A stretch of DNA of 64,000 nucleotides. Origin: an uncultured Candidatus Binatia bacterium (GTDB lineage: Bacteria; Desulfobacterota; Binatia; UBA9968; JAJDTQ01). Made by a program: the position numbers and the translations under genes. The first letter of the stretch is position 1; each line of letters begins with the position of its first letter. The stretch is taken from assembly GCA_964291295.2 (NCBI GenBank), contig OZ219754.1, positions 2,016,001 to 2,080,000 of the forward strand, given 5' to 3'. Positions 63,005-64,000 of this stretch are shown one piece after another. The notes beneath the pieces are model-generated. The model was not told where the DNA came from. It searched no databases and was given only the letters and a program-made list of their open reading frames with translations.

Positions 63005-64000
63005 ATGAGCGAAGCAGCGGTATCGGCACACGCCGATCATGGGGCTCATGAGCCTGCAGGCTTCTGGTCACACTATGTCTTCTCGACCGATCACAAGATG
63101 ATCGGCCGGCAGTTTCTCTTCCTGGGGCTGTTCATGCTGATCATCGGCGGTGCGCTCGCCATGTTGATCCGCTGGCAACTCGCATGGCCGGAGACCGAAG
63201 TCCCCGGTCTGGGATGGGTGCCCGAACCGACCCTGTACGAGGGGATCATCCCGCCGAGCACCTACAACATGCTGTTCACCATGCACGCCACCATCATGAT
63301 CTTCTTCGTGGTGATGCCGATCATGGTGGGAGGCTTCGGCAACTTCCTGATCCCCATCATGATCGGCGCCAGGGACATGGCGTTCCCGCTGCTCAACATG
63401 TTGTCCTTCTGGGTGGGAGCGGTGGCCGGCGTGATCATGATCGCCAGCTTCTTCGTGGTCGGCGGAGCCGCGGCCGGGGGATGGACGTCCTACACTCCCC
63501 TCACCGGCGCCGCAGTCTATACGGGCGTCAACTGGGGCATCAACCTGTGGGTGCTGAGCCTGTTCGTGCTGGGGTTTTCCTCGCTCATGGGCTCCATCAA
63601 CTACATCACGACCATTGTCAACATGAGAGCGCCGGGCATGACGTACTTCCGCATGCCCCTCTCCCTCTGGTCCCTGTTCATCACCGCGATCCTCCTGCTG
63701 CTGGCGCTGCCGGTACTCACCGCCGCATTGGGCATGCTCTTCTTCGACCGCGTGTTCGCCACCAACTTCTTCCTTCCGGCGGGCGGCATGCCGCTGCTGT
63801 GGCAGCACCTGTTCTGGTTCTTCGGCCATCCCGAGGTGTACATTCTGGTGCTTCCCGCCATGGGGGTGACTTCCGACATTCTGTCGGTGTTCTCGCGAAA
63901 GCCGATCTTCGGGTACCGGGCCATGGCCTACTCCATGATCGCCATCGCCTTTCTCTCGTGGATCGTGTGGGGTCATCACATGTTCGTCAGCGGCATGAAT
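63005..64000 (+). CDS. coxA: Cytochrome c oxidase subunit I, type A1 (partial, runs off the window)
   Basis: STDHKMIG, HATIMIF, DMAFP, GWTSY, WFFGHPEVY and WGHH read from sequence; absent from the ORF track because there is no stop in the window. Confidence 0.95.
   Translation, partial: MSEAAVSAHADHGAHEPAGFWSHYVFSTDHKMIGRQFLFLGLFMLIIGGALAMLIRWQLAWPETEVPGLGWVPEPTLYEGIIPPSTYNMLFTMHATIMIFFVVMPIMVGGFGNFLIPIMIGARDMAFPLLNMLSFWVGAVAGVIMIASFFVVGGAAAGGWTSYTPLTGAAVYTGVNWGINLWVLSLFVLGFSSLMGSINYITTIVNMRAPGMTYFRMPLSLWSLFITAILLLLALPVLTAALGMLFFDRVFATNFFLPAGGMPLLWQHLFWFFGHPEVYILVLPAMGVTSDILSVFSRKPIFGYRAMAYSMIAIAFLSWIVWGHHMFVSGMN

Overview
GC-rich bacterial chromosome segment. The 16S rRNA and gene content point to a deltaproteobacterial-type lineage, possibly Binatia (Desulfobacterota_B); this is tentative and needs a 16S search. 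The first ~36 kb is mostly accessory catabolism and transport: a TRAP DctPQM system, a SsuABC/TauABC-like ABC transporter, amidohydrolases, a cyclase, a creatininase, TraB, a racemase-fold protein lacking its catalytic Cys pair, a CoA-transferase, an acetone-carboxylase-like alpha+gamma fusion, MFS carriers, an orphan Mo-hydroxylase large subunit, an orphan TAXI receptor and a biotin-less carboxyltransferase. Interspersed are htpX, cca, two M16 peptidases, a sensor-less sigma54 activator and chdC/hemQ. The rest is core genome: rng-phoU-phoB-phoR, an HNH gene, smc-ftsY-zapB-zapA-6S RNA-ygfA-rny-tyrS, a complete rRNA operon (16S-tRNA-Ile-tRNA-Ala-23S-5S), moeA-ispF-acs and the start of a cytochrome c oxidase operon. 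I saw no CRISPR array, transposase, integrase or prophage. Most notable signals: (1) an apparently doubled-size (~350-400 nt) 6S RNA with an internal tandem-repeat expansion; (2) back-to-back divergent sigma54 promoters plus GTCA-N6-TGAC boxes upstream of the sensor-less activator; (3) a doubly anchored ~560-aa repetitive coiled-coil lipoprotein; (4) a probable CTG start for ispF; (5) several enzymes and binding proteins that lack canonical catalytic or ligand residues.
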